From assembly GCA_051418015.1 (NCBI GenBank), contig JBPRGF010000017.1, positions 64,001 to 128,000 of the forward strand: a stretch of 64,000 bases of DNA. Reading direction: 5' to 3'. This DNA comes from Candidatus Nitrospinota bacterium M3_3B_026. Lineage in GTDB: Bacteria; Nitrospinota_A; UBA7883; JBPRGF01. Below, piece after piece: positions 1 to 8,459 of the stretch (position 1 is the first letter of the stretch; each line of letters opens with the position of its first letter). The translations under genes were made by a program, and so were the position numbers. The notes under the pieces were generated by a model. It saw nothing but the letters and a program-made list of their open reading frames with translations, ran no database searches and had not been told where the DNA came from.

Positions 1-1
1 C

Positions 2-406
2 GTGCAGCCTGATCCTGTCCGTGTCCCACAGGACGGACGGGAGGGGAGGCTTTACTTCAAGCGAGAGGTCTACATTCTTCGCCGCGGCCTCCTGGCTGAA
101 AGTCGCGGTCACCTTCGCCAGCTCTCCGGGCAGGTCGCGGGTCCACCGAGGCTCCACGCTCTCCCTGCCCGCCTCCATCTTGGCGGTTTTGAGAATGTCC
201 TCGATGAGGGCCAGCGCCTCGGCGCCTGCCACCGTTATCCTGCGCAGAAAATCCTCCGCCTTTTCCCGGGGCATCGTGTCGAAATTGTCGACAAGCAGGC
301 CCGCTATCCCCATGATGGCGTTCATGGGCGATTTCAGGTCGTGGCTTATGGACGAGAGTATCCTGTTGTGTCTTTCGATGACGCTCTCTTCAAACTCCGT
401 TATCAT
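2..406 (-). CDS. Histidine kinase lacking a sensor domain (partial; runs off the left edge)
   Basis: Not in the ORF track. Manual translation MITEFEESVIERHNRILSSISHDLKSPMNAIMG... has the HisKA H-box SHDLKSP at about residue 22. SD AAGGAG lies upstream of the ATG at 406. Confidence 0.85.
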   Translation of the reverse strand, partial: MITEFEESVIERHNRILSSISHDLKSPMNAIMGIAGLLVDNFDTMPREKAEDFLRRITVAGAEALALIEDILKTAKMEAGRESVEPRWTRDLPGELAKVTATFSQEAAAKNVDLSLEVKPPLPSVLWDTDRIRLH

Positions 407-450
407 CTTGTGCTCCTTTTCAAGGGCCGTTTGTTCCAAGCCATGCGGCC

Positions 451-494
451 AGTGTAAAGTTATTCCCGCGGGGATGGTGTTAGGATCTCGTTAA
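451..494 (-). promoter_or_regulatory. Pho-box dimer plus -10 element
   Basis: Minus strand reads TTAACG-N5-CTAACA (494-478), then a 21-nt gap, then TACACT (456-451). Confidence 0.75.
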
Positions 495-517
495 ATAGGC
501 CATGCGCCGCCCCCCCC

Positions 518-1717
518 CTAAAAATCCACCTGGAACCTCGTCATGAATCCCGTCGCGGTTCCCACGTCCGCCTGGTCGGCCGAGACGTAGTTGAGCATCA
601 CCCTTGTGTTGGGATTCAGGTACCAGTTCACACCGGCGGTAACCGTTGTGACCTCATGCCCCTCGATGCCCCCGTCTTCGAGATCGACGCTGGAGAACCG
701 CAACGCCGCCTCCAACGCCCCGGCCCCGGAGCCGAAATTGCTGTTCGGCTTGACACGGCCGAACGCGCCCTTTTTGTAGGGCCTGCTCTCGCCGGTCAGG
801 AAAAAGCTGCCGAAGACGTAATAGCCGGACAGGCTGGCGTCCTCGCCGTCGAGGTTGGAGACGTTCGCGGAGATGAACTCGCCCTGCAACGACGCCGGGC
901 CGAATACAGCAGCCGCCTCGACGCCCAGCAGCCCCACGCTGTCGGAGTTTATCGAGTGGGTGTCGGCCAGACGCATCGGAGCGAGATGAATCTCCGGCCT
1001 CGAACGGAACCGGACGGTGTCGCCGTTTGGCTTGATCGCCGTGTAGGCCGCGCCGAGATGGACGAGGTTATCGCCGCTTTTCCACGGCAGAACGGTTATC
1101 CTGGCGGCGTAGTTCATGTCGTTGTCGCCGTAGTCTTCGCCGTAGCCGTCGGTTATCCGGTAGGTGGAAAGGGCCCAGGTGAGCCGCTTGTCCCAGGCGG
1201 ACGAGCCTATCAGAAGGCCACTCTGGCGGGAAGGCGCGAACGCCTCTATGGCCATCGCCCTCTCCATGAAAGTGATGTACTTCGAGCTTGTCAGCTCCTC
1301 GAGGCCGAAGGGCTGCTTGAACCGTCCCACCTTGAGCTGACCTATCCCGGAGATCTTCGTCAGGGCTATGTAGGCGTCCTTGAAATCGGCGTCGCCTCCG
1401 GCGAAGTCGTACTGAACCTTGAATTTTACGTTTTCGTGGATGTGGCCTCCCACGTAAAGCCTCGCGCGGCGGAACTCCGTGCCGCTCTCCCACACCGTCT
1501 CCTCACTTTTAAGCTCATCGTCGGCGGAAAGCCACGCCCAGTCGTTCATCAATCTGCCTCCCACCTTGATCTGGAAAGCCTTATCCGCGCTGGTGAACCT
1601 CAGGCCGGTTTTCCACTCCGCCTCCAGCGGCTCTTTCGCGTAGGCGATGTGGGATAGAGAGCAGAACATCAAAGACACCGTCAGCATGATCCTCATCATT
1701 TTCGCTATTCCTTCCAT
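518..1717 (-). CDS. oprP: Phosphate-selective porin, OprO/OprP family
   Basis: Signal peptide, EFRRARL, GRFKQPFGLEELTSS, GVNWYLN, C-terminal RFQVDF; sits in the pst cluster. Confidence 0.9.
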   Translation of the reverse strand: MEGIAKMMRIMLTVSLMFCSLSHIAYAKEPLEAEWKTGLRFTSADKAFQIKVGGRLMNDWAWLSADDELKSEETVWESGTEFRRARLYVGGHIHENVKFKVQYDFAGGDADFKDAYIALTKISGIGQLKVGRFKQPFGLEELTSSKYITFMERAMAIEAFAPSRQSGLLIGSSAWDKRLTWALSTYRITDGYGEDYGDNDMNYAARITVLPWKSGDNLVHLGAAYTAIKPNGDTVRFRSRPEIHLAPMRLADTHSINSDSVGLLGVEAAAVFGPASLQGEFISANVSNLDGEDASLSGYYVFGSFFLTGESRPYKKGAFGRVKPNSNFGSGAGALEAALRFSSVDLEDGGIEGHEVTTVTAGVNWYLNPNTRVMLNYVSADQADVGTATGFMTRFQVDF

Positions 1718-1762
1718 TTCCTCTGTGCTCCTCGTTTGAGTTTTTCATTGCCAACCAGTGAC

Positions 1763-1832
1763 AGTGTAGAAAGGTTTCCCCTGAAGCGGTGTTAGGAATG
1801 CGTTAATAAACAATATGTTAGGATTGCGTTAA
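1763..1832 (-). promoter_or_regulatory. Two Pho-box dimers plus -10 element
   Basis: Plus strand TGTTAGGaatgCGTTAA (1790-1806) and TGTTAGGattgCGTTAA (1816-1832). Minus-strand -10 TACACT at 1768-1763, 21 nt from the proximal box. Confidence 0.8.
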
Positions 1833-1918
1833 GGGGAGAGGAGGCGCTAAGGGCAAGGGGGCGTGAGAGACGCCTATTTTTACGCGGCGGTCTTTTCCGG
1901 GGCCGCGTGGACGCCCCG

Positions 1919-2578
1919 TCAGACCTTGATGAACTCGCCGGTGCGGATGTAGAGAAGGTAGGACGCCACGGCCTTTATCTTGTCCCCCAGGTTCTCTATG
2001 TGCTTGACCACCCGGAGTAGGCGGATGATGGTCCGCTTGTCGTCCCTCTGGGACAGCAGGGTCTCGTGGGCGGTGATGTTGGCCTGGTTGATGTTACGGT
2101 CCAGTTCTTCTATGAACTTCAGGGTATGGTCGCTGATGTCCTTTCCGTCGAGGATATCTATGGCCTTCTCCAGCATGACGATGCAGTTCTGCAACATGCT
2201 GTCGAGGAGTATTTTCACCTCGTCCATGCTCACCGTCGTGTCCGTGTCCATGATCTTCTGCCAGTTGACACCGACGTGCTGCAACAGGTCCAGCATCGCC
2301 TCCGTCTCGTGGGCCACCACGGCGTCGCACACCACGGCCCTTTTCAGCAGGCCCGCGAGGAACAGCTTGCCCACGATCTCGGAAAGCTCCTCGGTGATGC
2401 GCACCATCTCCTTGTCGGCGTTGTCCTCCAGCTCCAGTATCTTGTCCACCAGGGCGTCGCTCTCCTCGTCGCCGTGGATCACCCTGATGGACAGCCTGCA
2501 CGCCTCCTGCACCTCCATCAACATGGCCCGGAGAGCCCCGCGTGTCTTTTTCATCTCGTCCATTATGATCTTGGTCAC
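1919..2578 (-). CDS. phoU: Phosphate signalling protein PhoU (divergent)
   Basis: Follows pstB; ELEDNAD, ELDRNIN, KHIENLGD, C-terminal YIRTG; GTG start with SD. Confidence 0.8.
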   Translation of the reverse strand: MTKIIMDEMKKTRGALRAMLMEVQEACRLSIRVIHGDEESDALVDKILELEDNADKEMVRITEELSEIVGKLFLAGLLKRAVVCDAVVAHETEAMLDLLQHVGVNWQKIMDTDTTVSMDEVKILLDSMLQNCIVMLEKAIDILDGKDISDHTLKFIEELDRNINQANITAHETLLSQRDDKRTIIRLLRVVKHIENLGDKIKAVASYLLYIRTGEFIKV

Positions 2579-2596
2579 GGCTTGGTCCTTTCCTGG

Positions 2597-3373
2597 CTAG
2601 CTGAACTTGCCTATTATGTAGTCGGCCGTCAGCCGGTTCTCCGGATTGCTGAAAATCGTCGATGTCTCGTCGTACTCTATCAGCTTTCCCTCGTAGAAAA
2701 AGGCGGTGTACCTGGCCACCCTTTGCGCCTGCTGCATGTTGTGGGTTACGAGGATCACGGTATGGTCAGCGGCGAGGTCCACGATCAGGCTCTCGATAAG
2801 CTGTGTGGACTTCGGGTCCAGCGAGGAGCACGGCTCGTCCAGCAAAAGTATTTTCGGCGTGTTGATTATGGCCCTCGCTATGCAAAGCCTCTGCTGCTGG
2901 CCGCCGGAAAGGGACGTGGAGAGGTCGTCCAGACGGTCGTGAACCTCGTCCCACAGAGCCGCCCTCCGGAGGGCGGCCTCCACCTTCTCCGCCAGGATTC
3001 TCTTGCTTCTTATCCCCACGGCCCGCAACGGCATGGAAACGTCGTGGAAGATAGTTTTGCCGGAGAAAGGCACGGGCTTTTGCATCACGTAGCCTACGCT
3101 CTCGCCCCGGAGGATGCAAAGCTCGTAGGGGTTCAGACCCATGATGTCCACGCCGTCCTCCAGCAGGACCGACCCGGTGTAGGAACAGTCGAACTCGTCG
3201 TTGAGCCTGTTCAGGGCCTTCAGGAACGTGGATTTTCCGCAGCCGGACGGGCCTATTATGGCGGTCACCTCGTTGGCGGGGAAGGCCAGGCTCACGTTCT
3301 GGCATCCCACCACCTTGTTGGGATATGTCACCCCCAGTCCCACGGTCTCTATGGCTTTCCGATCAAACTCCAT
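2597..3373 (-). CDS. pstB: Phosphate ABC transporter ATPase
   Basis: GPSGCGKS, LSGGQQQRLCIARA, LLDEPCSSLDP, TADYIIGKF. Start could also be 3391. Confidence 0.95.
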   Translation of the reverse strand: MEFDRKAIETVGLGVTYPNKVVGCQNVSLAFPANEVTAIIGPSGCGKSTFLKALNRLNDEFDCSYTGSVLLEDGVDIMGLNPYELCILRGESVGYVMQKPVPFSGKTIFHDVSMPLRAVGIRSKRILAEKVEAALRRAALWDEVHDRLDDLSTSLSGGQQQRLCIARAIINTPKILLLDEPCSSLDPKSTQLIESLIVDLAADHTVILVTHNMQQAQRVARYTAFFYEGKLIEYDETSTIFSNPENRLTADYIIGKFS

Positions 3374-3398
3374 TCTTCCGTTATCTCCCACTCAGCCT

Positions 3399-4304
3399 TC
3401 AGCTCGACCTCGCCATCTTCCGTCTGTGCAGCCACCTTATCACCTGCCCGATGGAGTTGAAGGAGAACGTCAACACCAGCAACACAAGGGTCGTGGCGTA
3501 CTGGACGGGCAAGGTCTCCTGCACGTTGGGGGACTGGGTCGCCATGACGTAGATATGGTACCCCAGCTCCATGAACTGATCCAGCAGGTCGCCCGAGAAC
3601 CCGGGTATGTAATAGGCCACCCCCACGAACAGGATCGGGGCGACCTCCCCCGCTCCGCGGCTGATGGAGAGCACCAGGCCCGTCAGCATTCCTCCCACGG
3701 CCTGCGGCAGGACAACCCACTTTATGACCTCCCATTTTGTGTACCCCAGGCAGATGGCGGCGTGCCTCTGCTCGTCGGGGACGAGCTTGAGCGCCTCGGT
3801 GACGGATATGACGTTTGTGGGCAGCGTCAGCGTGCCCATGGTAACCGCGGCCCACAGGAGGCACCGCTCCTGAAAAACCCTGTCCTCGTAACCCAGCAGC
3901 CAGTCCAGCCCCCCTCCCACGACGGTGACGTAGAAGGCCAGGCCGAACAGGCCGTAGACTATGGACGGCACGGCGGCCAGGGTTCTGACGGAGCTCATGA
4001 CGGTGTTGTAGAGCCAGTTCTTCGCGCTCACCTCGTTCAGGTATATGGCGATGACGGCGCCCAGAGGCGCCGTCATAATCGACATCCAGAAAACCAGCAA
4101 AATGGTGCCCTTGATTGGCGAGAGGATGCCGCCCTCCGTCGCGTCCGCCGTGGGCTCGGTGGTCAGAAACTTCCAGGAGACATGCCCCGCGCCCTTCACG
4201 AGGATCAGGCCGAGGATGAAAAACACCACCCCCACCACGACGGCCGCCGCCGCGTTCGACAACGAGCTGAAAACCTTTTCGTAGAAAAAGCGCCTGTCAC
4301 GCAT
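3399..4304 (-). CDS. pstA: Phosphate ABC permease PstA
   Basis: LAAVPSIVYGLFG and SRGAGEVAPI; multiple TM segments. Confidence 0.93.
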   Translation of the reverse strand: MRDRRFFYEKVFSSLSNAAAAVVVGVVFFILGLILVKGAGHVSWKFLTTEPTADATEGGILSPIKGTILLVFWMSIMTAPLGAVIAIYLNEVSAKNWLYNTVMSSVRTLAAVPSIVYGLFGLAFYVTVVGGGLDWLLGYEDRVFQERCLLWAAVTMGTLTLPTNVISVTEALKLVPDEQRHAAICLGYTKWEVIKWVVLPQAVGGMLTGLVLSISRGAGEVAPILFVGVAYYIPGFSGDLLDQFMELGYHIYVMATQSPNVQETLPVQYATTLVLLVLTFSFNSIGQVIRWLHRRKMARSS

Positions 4305-5310
4305 ACGTCCATCTCCTGATGAGAAGCTGTGACAGGTAGTTAATGACGAAGGTGACCACCACCAGGATCAGACCCAACAGGAAAAGCACGCTGTAATGCG
4401 TGTCCCCCACTATCACCTCCGCCATCTCCGCGCCGATGGTGGCGGCGAAGGTCCGGGCGCCGGACCAGGGGCTCCAGTCCAGCACGGCGGCGTTGCCGGA
4501 GCACATGAGGACCACCATGGTCTCGCCAAAGCACCGTCCGAAGCCGAGGAGAGCCGCGGCGAGGGCTTTGCCGTAGGTGGCGGGGATTATTATGGAGGTT
4601 ATCACCTGGTAGTCGAAAAGCCCGCAGCACTTGGCGGCGCGTATCTGGTCCTTGGGGTAGCTTGAGTATATGTCCTCGAACAGCGTGGTCATGATCGGGA
4701 TCACCGTAAGGGAAAGAACCGACCCGGCCAGGAAGGCGTTGAGCCTGTAGAGCGATCCCGTCACCTGCTGCATGTAAGTGGCGAAGAACATCAGCCCAAG
4801 GAAACCGAGGACGACCGTGGGTATCCCCGCCAGCAGCTCCGTTATAACCTTCACCCCGTAGCGGATGCTCTTCGGCAGGTAGAAGGCGATGGCCAGCGCA
4901 GTGAAAAAACTCAAGACAGAGCCAAATAGCACCGCCACCAGCGTGATCTTGATCGTCCCCACGGCCAGAGGCCACAGGCTGAACAGCGGCTGGTCCGACA
5001 CCGGCTGATACACGTCCTGCCCCAGGAGGTTGTCGAAAACCTGGAAGACCGAGGCGCCGCGTTCGAACTCCTCCTCGCTCAGCGTATCGTGGTACAGCGA
5101 CATGTCGTTTCGCTGGTATACGTCGGTGAAGAGGGGGACGGTCTCCTGGAATATGAAGTAGAAGACAGCCAGGGTCATCACCACCGCCGCGGCGCCCCCG
5201 GCCGCCAGGATGACGAGAGCGGAGCGCTGCTCTATCATCCTGCGTTTTATGCTTTTCGCGGCGCTCGGGGAAGACGCCGGGGTTTCGCCTCTTTTATCCA
5301 TTCTCCCCAT
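4297..5310 (-). CDS. pstC: Phosphate ABC permease PstC
   Basis: ELLAGIPTVVLG, GRCFGETMVV, TIGAEMAE. Confidence 0.93.
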   Translation of the reverse strand: MGRMDKRGETPASSPSAAKSIKRRMIEQRSALVILAAGGAAAVVMTLAVFYFIFQETVPLFTDVYQRNDMSLYHDTLSEEEFERGASVFQVFDNLLGQDVYQPVSDQPLFSLWPLAVGTIKITLVAVLFGSVLSFFTALAIAFYLPKSIRYGVKVITELLAGIPTVVLGFLGLMFFATYMQQVTGSLYRLNAFLAGSVLSLTVIPIMTTLFEDIYSSYPKDQIRAAKCCGLFDYQVITSIIIPATYGKALAAALLGFGRCFGETMVVLMCSGNAAVLDWSPWSGARTFAATIGAEMAEVIVGDTHYSVLFLLGLILVVVTFVINYLSQLLIRRWTYA

Positions 5311-6700
5311 CGTCCTCTTCTTTTCTTCCTGTGTCCGCGCTAAGCGGTATATGTATGGAGAACACGCTCCCCTCCCCCGGCGCGCTCCGGACGGAGACCC
5401 TGCCGCCGTGAGCGAGGGCTATATGTTTGACCAGGGAGAGGCCGAGCCCCGTCCCCCCCAACTCCCTGGAGCGGGCGTCGTCCACCCTGTAGAACCTTTC
5501 GAATATCCGGCCCAGGTGCGCCTTCTCTATCCCCGGCCCCTCGTCCCTCACGTGTATGGAAAGATATCCGCCGCCGCGCCCGGCGCTCACCCGCACGGCC
5601 GTCCCCTCCCCGCTGTAGTTCACGGCGTTGTCCAGCAGGTTCGCGACGCCGGACTCCAGCAGGGGAGCGTTTATGGGGGCGGAAAGGAACTCGTCGAGGT
5701 CCAGCTCTATCCTTATGTTCTTCCTCTCCGCCTTGGGGGCCACATGGTCTATGGCCCTTTGTATCGTTTCCTTGACGGGGAGCGTCTTTGCGTGGACAGC
5801 GTCCGCCTCGCTGTCGCGCTCTATCCGCGACAGGCTCAGAAGGTCCTCGATAATATGGGTAAGCCGGCCGATGTGCCGCTCCATGATCTTAAGGAAGCTC
5901 CGCGCTTTCTCGGGATCGTCCACCGCGCCCGCCAGCAGAGTCTCCAGAAAACCCTTCACCGTGGTCAGCGGCGTGCGCAGCTCGTGGGAGACGCTGGCGG
6001 CGAAGTCGCTGCGCAGGTTCTCCAGCCTGCGAAGACGGGTCACGTCCCTGATGGTCATGACCATCCCCCAGTACTCGCCGTCCCCGTGGAAAAGCGGGCT
6101 CCTCGCAAGAAGCAGCCGCCCCTCCCCCCGGGGGCCGGAGGATATCTCTTTTTCGTCCGGCCTCCCTGTATTGAGCCCTTCTCTTGCGAATCTCGCCAGT
6201 TCACCGTTGTCAACGGCCTCTTCGAGAGGCTGCCCCTCGGGCCGGGAGGCGAATATGTTCAGTATCTGCCTGGCCTTGGGGTTGAGTTTTATTATCCGCA
6301 TATCCTGGTCCACCGCCAGGACACCCTCCTCGATGGAAGCCAGGATCGCCTCGCTGGAGCGGGCCTGGGCGCCGCCCGCGGCTATCCTGCTTTCCTGCTC
6401 GCGCGCCATGTGGTTGAGCTTGTCCGCGAGCGCCGCGGCCTCCGGGAAAGCCTCCTCCGTCAGGGGCGTGTCAAACCCGCCCATGGAAAACCTCGTCACG
6501 CCCTGCGCGAGCCTCTCCAGCGGCTTCGACACCATCCTTGAAAAATACAGGGCCAGGAGCCCCGCCGCGGCCGCCGCCGCGCCGGCCGCCAGAACAAAAG
6601 CCTCCGCCGGGGACAGCGCTGCGCCTGCCCAGAGGACAACGCCGGAAAGGGCGACCATAAAAGCCGCGGCGCGCCAGAAAAACTTCCGAAAAAGGCCCAT
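5294..6700 (-). CDS. phoR: Sensor histidine kinase PhoR (TM-HAMP-PAS-HisKA-HATPase)
   Basis: VSHELRTPLT, NLLDNAV, FERFYRVD, GGTGLGL. Confidence 0.92.
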   Translation of the reverse strand: MGLFRKFFWRAAAFMVALSGVVLWAGAALSPAEAFVLAAGAAAAAAGLLALYFSRMVSKPLERLAQGVTRFSMGGFDTPLTEEAFPEAAALADKLNHMAREQESRIAAGGAQARSSEAILASIEEGVLAVDQDMRIIKLNPKARQILNIFASRPEGQPLEEAVDNGELARFAREGLNTGRPDEKEISSGPRGEGRLLLARSPLFHGDGEYWGMVMTIRDVTRLRRLENLRSDFAASVSHELRTPLTTVKGFLETLLAGAVDDPEKARSFLKIMERHIGRLTHIIEDLLSLSRIERDSEADAVHAKTLPVKETIQRAIDHVAPKAERKNIRIELDLDEFLSAPINAPLLESGVANLLDNAVNYSGEGTAVRVSAGRGGGYLSIHVRDEGPGIEKAHLGRIFERFYRVDDARSRELGGTGLGLSLVKHIALAHGGRVSVRSAPGEGSVFSIHIPLSADTGRKEEDDGENG

Positions 6701-6717
6701 GAGCCTCTCGATCCTCT

Positions 6718-7404
6718 TCAGATATCAAACCGGTATCCCACTCCCCGCACCGTGAGAAGACGTCTGCCGGCCTCACCGAGCTTTTTCCGTATCGCGGTGA
6801 TGTGCACGTCCACGGAACGCTCGGTGACCGTCATCTGCCCCCCCCGGATGGCGGAGACTATCTGCTGGCGCGTCATCACGCCGCCGCCGCGCTGTATGAG
6901 AGCGTCGAGTATGGAAAACTCTGAATACGTAAAGTCCAAAAGTTCACCGTCCAATAAAACCTGCCGCCTCCGCCTGTCGACGGTGAGGCTGTTTATGGAG
7001 ACCATCTCCGGGGACGGGGGGGCGCTCTTCCGCCTCAGGACGGCCTGTATCCGCGCCAGCAGAACCACCACGGAAAACGGTTTTACCACGTAATCATCCG
7101 CCCCCAGCTCCAGGCCCTTTATTATGTCCTCCTCCTCTCCCTTGGCCGTGAGCATGATAATCGGAAGGTTTTTCGTTCCCTCCTCGCCTCTCAGCCTTTT
7201 GCAGACGTCAAGGCCGCCGATACCCGGCAGCATCAGGTCCAGGATCACAAGGTCGAAGGCGCCGTCCGCGGTCTTTTCCAGCGCCTCTTCGCCCGTGGCG
7301 GCCATCGCCGTGGCGTACCCGGCATTCTCCAGGTTGTAGCGCAAAAGCTCTCTTAAATCCTCCTCGTCGTCCACCACGAGGACCTTCGTCTCGCCGGGGC
7401 TCAT
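6718..7404 (-). CDS. phoB: Response regulator PhoB/PhoP (OmpR family)
   Basis: VVDDE, LDLMLP, GADDYVVKPF, TVRGVGYRF; directly upstream of phoR. Confidence 0.92.
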   Translation of the reverse strand: MSPGETKVLVVDDEEDLRELLRYNLENAGYATAMAATGEEALEKTADGAFDLVILDLMLPGIGGLDVCKRLRGEEGTKNLPIIMLTAKGEEEDIIKGLELGADDYVVKPFSVVVLLARIQAVLRRKSAPPSPEMVSINSLTVDRRRRQVLLDGELLDFTYSEFSILDALIQRGGGVMTRQQIVSAIRGGQMTVTERSVDVHITAIRKKLGEAGRRLLTVRGVGYRFDI

Positions 7405-7410
7405 CGTTGA

Positions 7411-7455
7411 AATCTACCAGAAAAAGAACGCGACGGATTGTTAGGTTTCTGTTAA
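7411..7455 (-). promoter_or_regulatory. Pho-box dimer plus -10 element of the phoB promoter (probably leaderless)
   Basis: Plus strand TGTTAGGtttcTGTTAA (7439-7455). Minus-strand -10 TAGATT at 7416-7411, 6 nt before the ATG at 7404. Confidence 0.7.
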
Positions 7456-7520
7456 AAAGTTTTTCGGACGGGATATCAACGCTCCATCAGGCCGCCAGAA
7501 CGCTCCCGGGGCCGGGGCCA

Positions 7521-8381
7521 TCAGACGCTCTCCACCAGCAACGAAACATCCGCCGCTTTCGGCGAGTGGGTTATGGCGCCGACGGAGATATAGTCCACTC
7601 CCGTCATGGCGTAGGAGCGGACGTTGTTCAGGTTGATATTGCCCGAGGCCTCGGTCTCCGCCTGCCCGGCGATGAGCGCGACGGCTTTCCCGGCGCGCGC
7701 CGGGGTCATGTTGTCCAGCATGATCCTGTCCGCCCCGGCGGCGATGGCCTCGCGGACCTCTTTCAGGTTCCGGGTCTCCACTTCTATCATCATCCGCCGC
7801 CCGGTCTTCGCCCTGGCCGACGCCACGGCGTCCGCTATCCCCCCGGCGGCGGCTATGTGGTTCTCCTTCATGAGGATCATCTCCGACAGGTCGCGCCGGT
7901 GGTTCATCCCGCCGCCCGCCCGAACGGCATATTTTTCGAGGTCGCGCAGGCCGGGGGTGGTCTTGCGGGTGTCGAGTATCTTTGCGCTTGTCCCCTCCAC
8001 GGCGTCGACGAATTTTCTTGTCAGCGTGGCGATCCCCGACAGGCGTTGCAAAAAATTCAGCGCCACGCGCTCGGCTTTGAGTATCGCGCGCGTGTTGCCG
8101 AAGAGCTCGGCGACAACGGCGCCTTTGGAGACGCGCTCGCCGTCCTTGTATCGCTTGCGGATTTTGATGTTTCTGTTTGCGGCGTGGAACACGGCGGTGA
8201 AGAGGTCTATCCCCGCCAGCGTCATATCCTCCTTGGCGACCAGCCTCGCGCGGCGGACGGCCTTTGGCGGGATGGTCGCCTCGCTGGTGACATCGCCGCG
8301 CGGCGCGTCCTCGGCCAGGGCGCGTTTTATAAGAGCGCTGTCGATGGGGGCTTTCCCGATTTTTTTCATCCTCGCTGGCAT
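7521..8381 (-). CDS. nadC: Quinolinate phosphoribosyltransferase
   Basis: ALAED, ERVALNFLQRLSGIAT, DTRKTTPG, KENH, IMLDN, EASG. Start is 8381 or 8369. Confidence 0.96.
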   Translation of the reverse strand: MPARMKKIGKAPIDSALIKRALAEDAPRGDVTSEATIPPKAVRRARLVAKEDMTLAGIDLFTAVFHAANRNIKIRKRYKDGERVSKGAVVAELFGNTRAILKAERVALNFLQRLSGIATLTRKFVDAVEGTSAKILDTRKTTPGLRDLEKYAVRAGGGMNHRRDLSEMILMKENHIAAAGGIADAVASARAKTGRRMMIEVETRNLKEVREAIAAGADRIMLDNMTPARAGKAVALIAGQAETEASGNINLNNVRSYAMTGVDYISVGAITHSPKAADVSLLVESV

Positions 8382-8459
8382 CCTGGTCTGTTTCGGCTCG
8401 GTTTCATTCGATATGCTAGATTATAACGATATTCTTTGATCGATTGATAATCGCCGATT

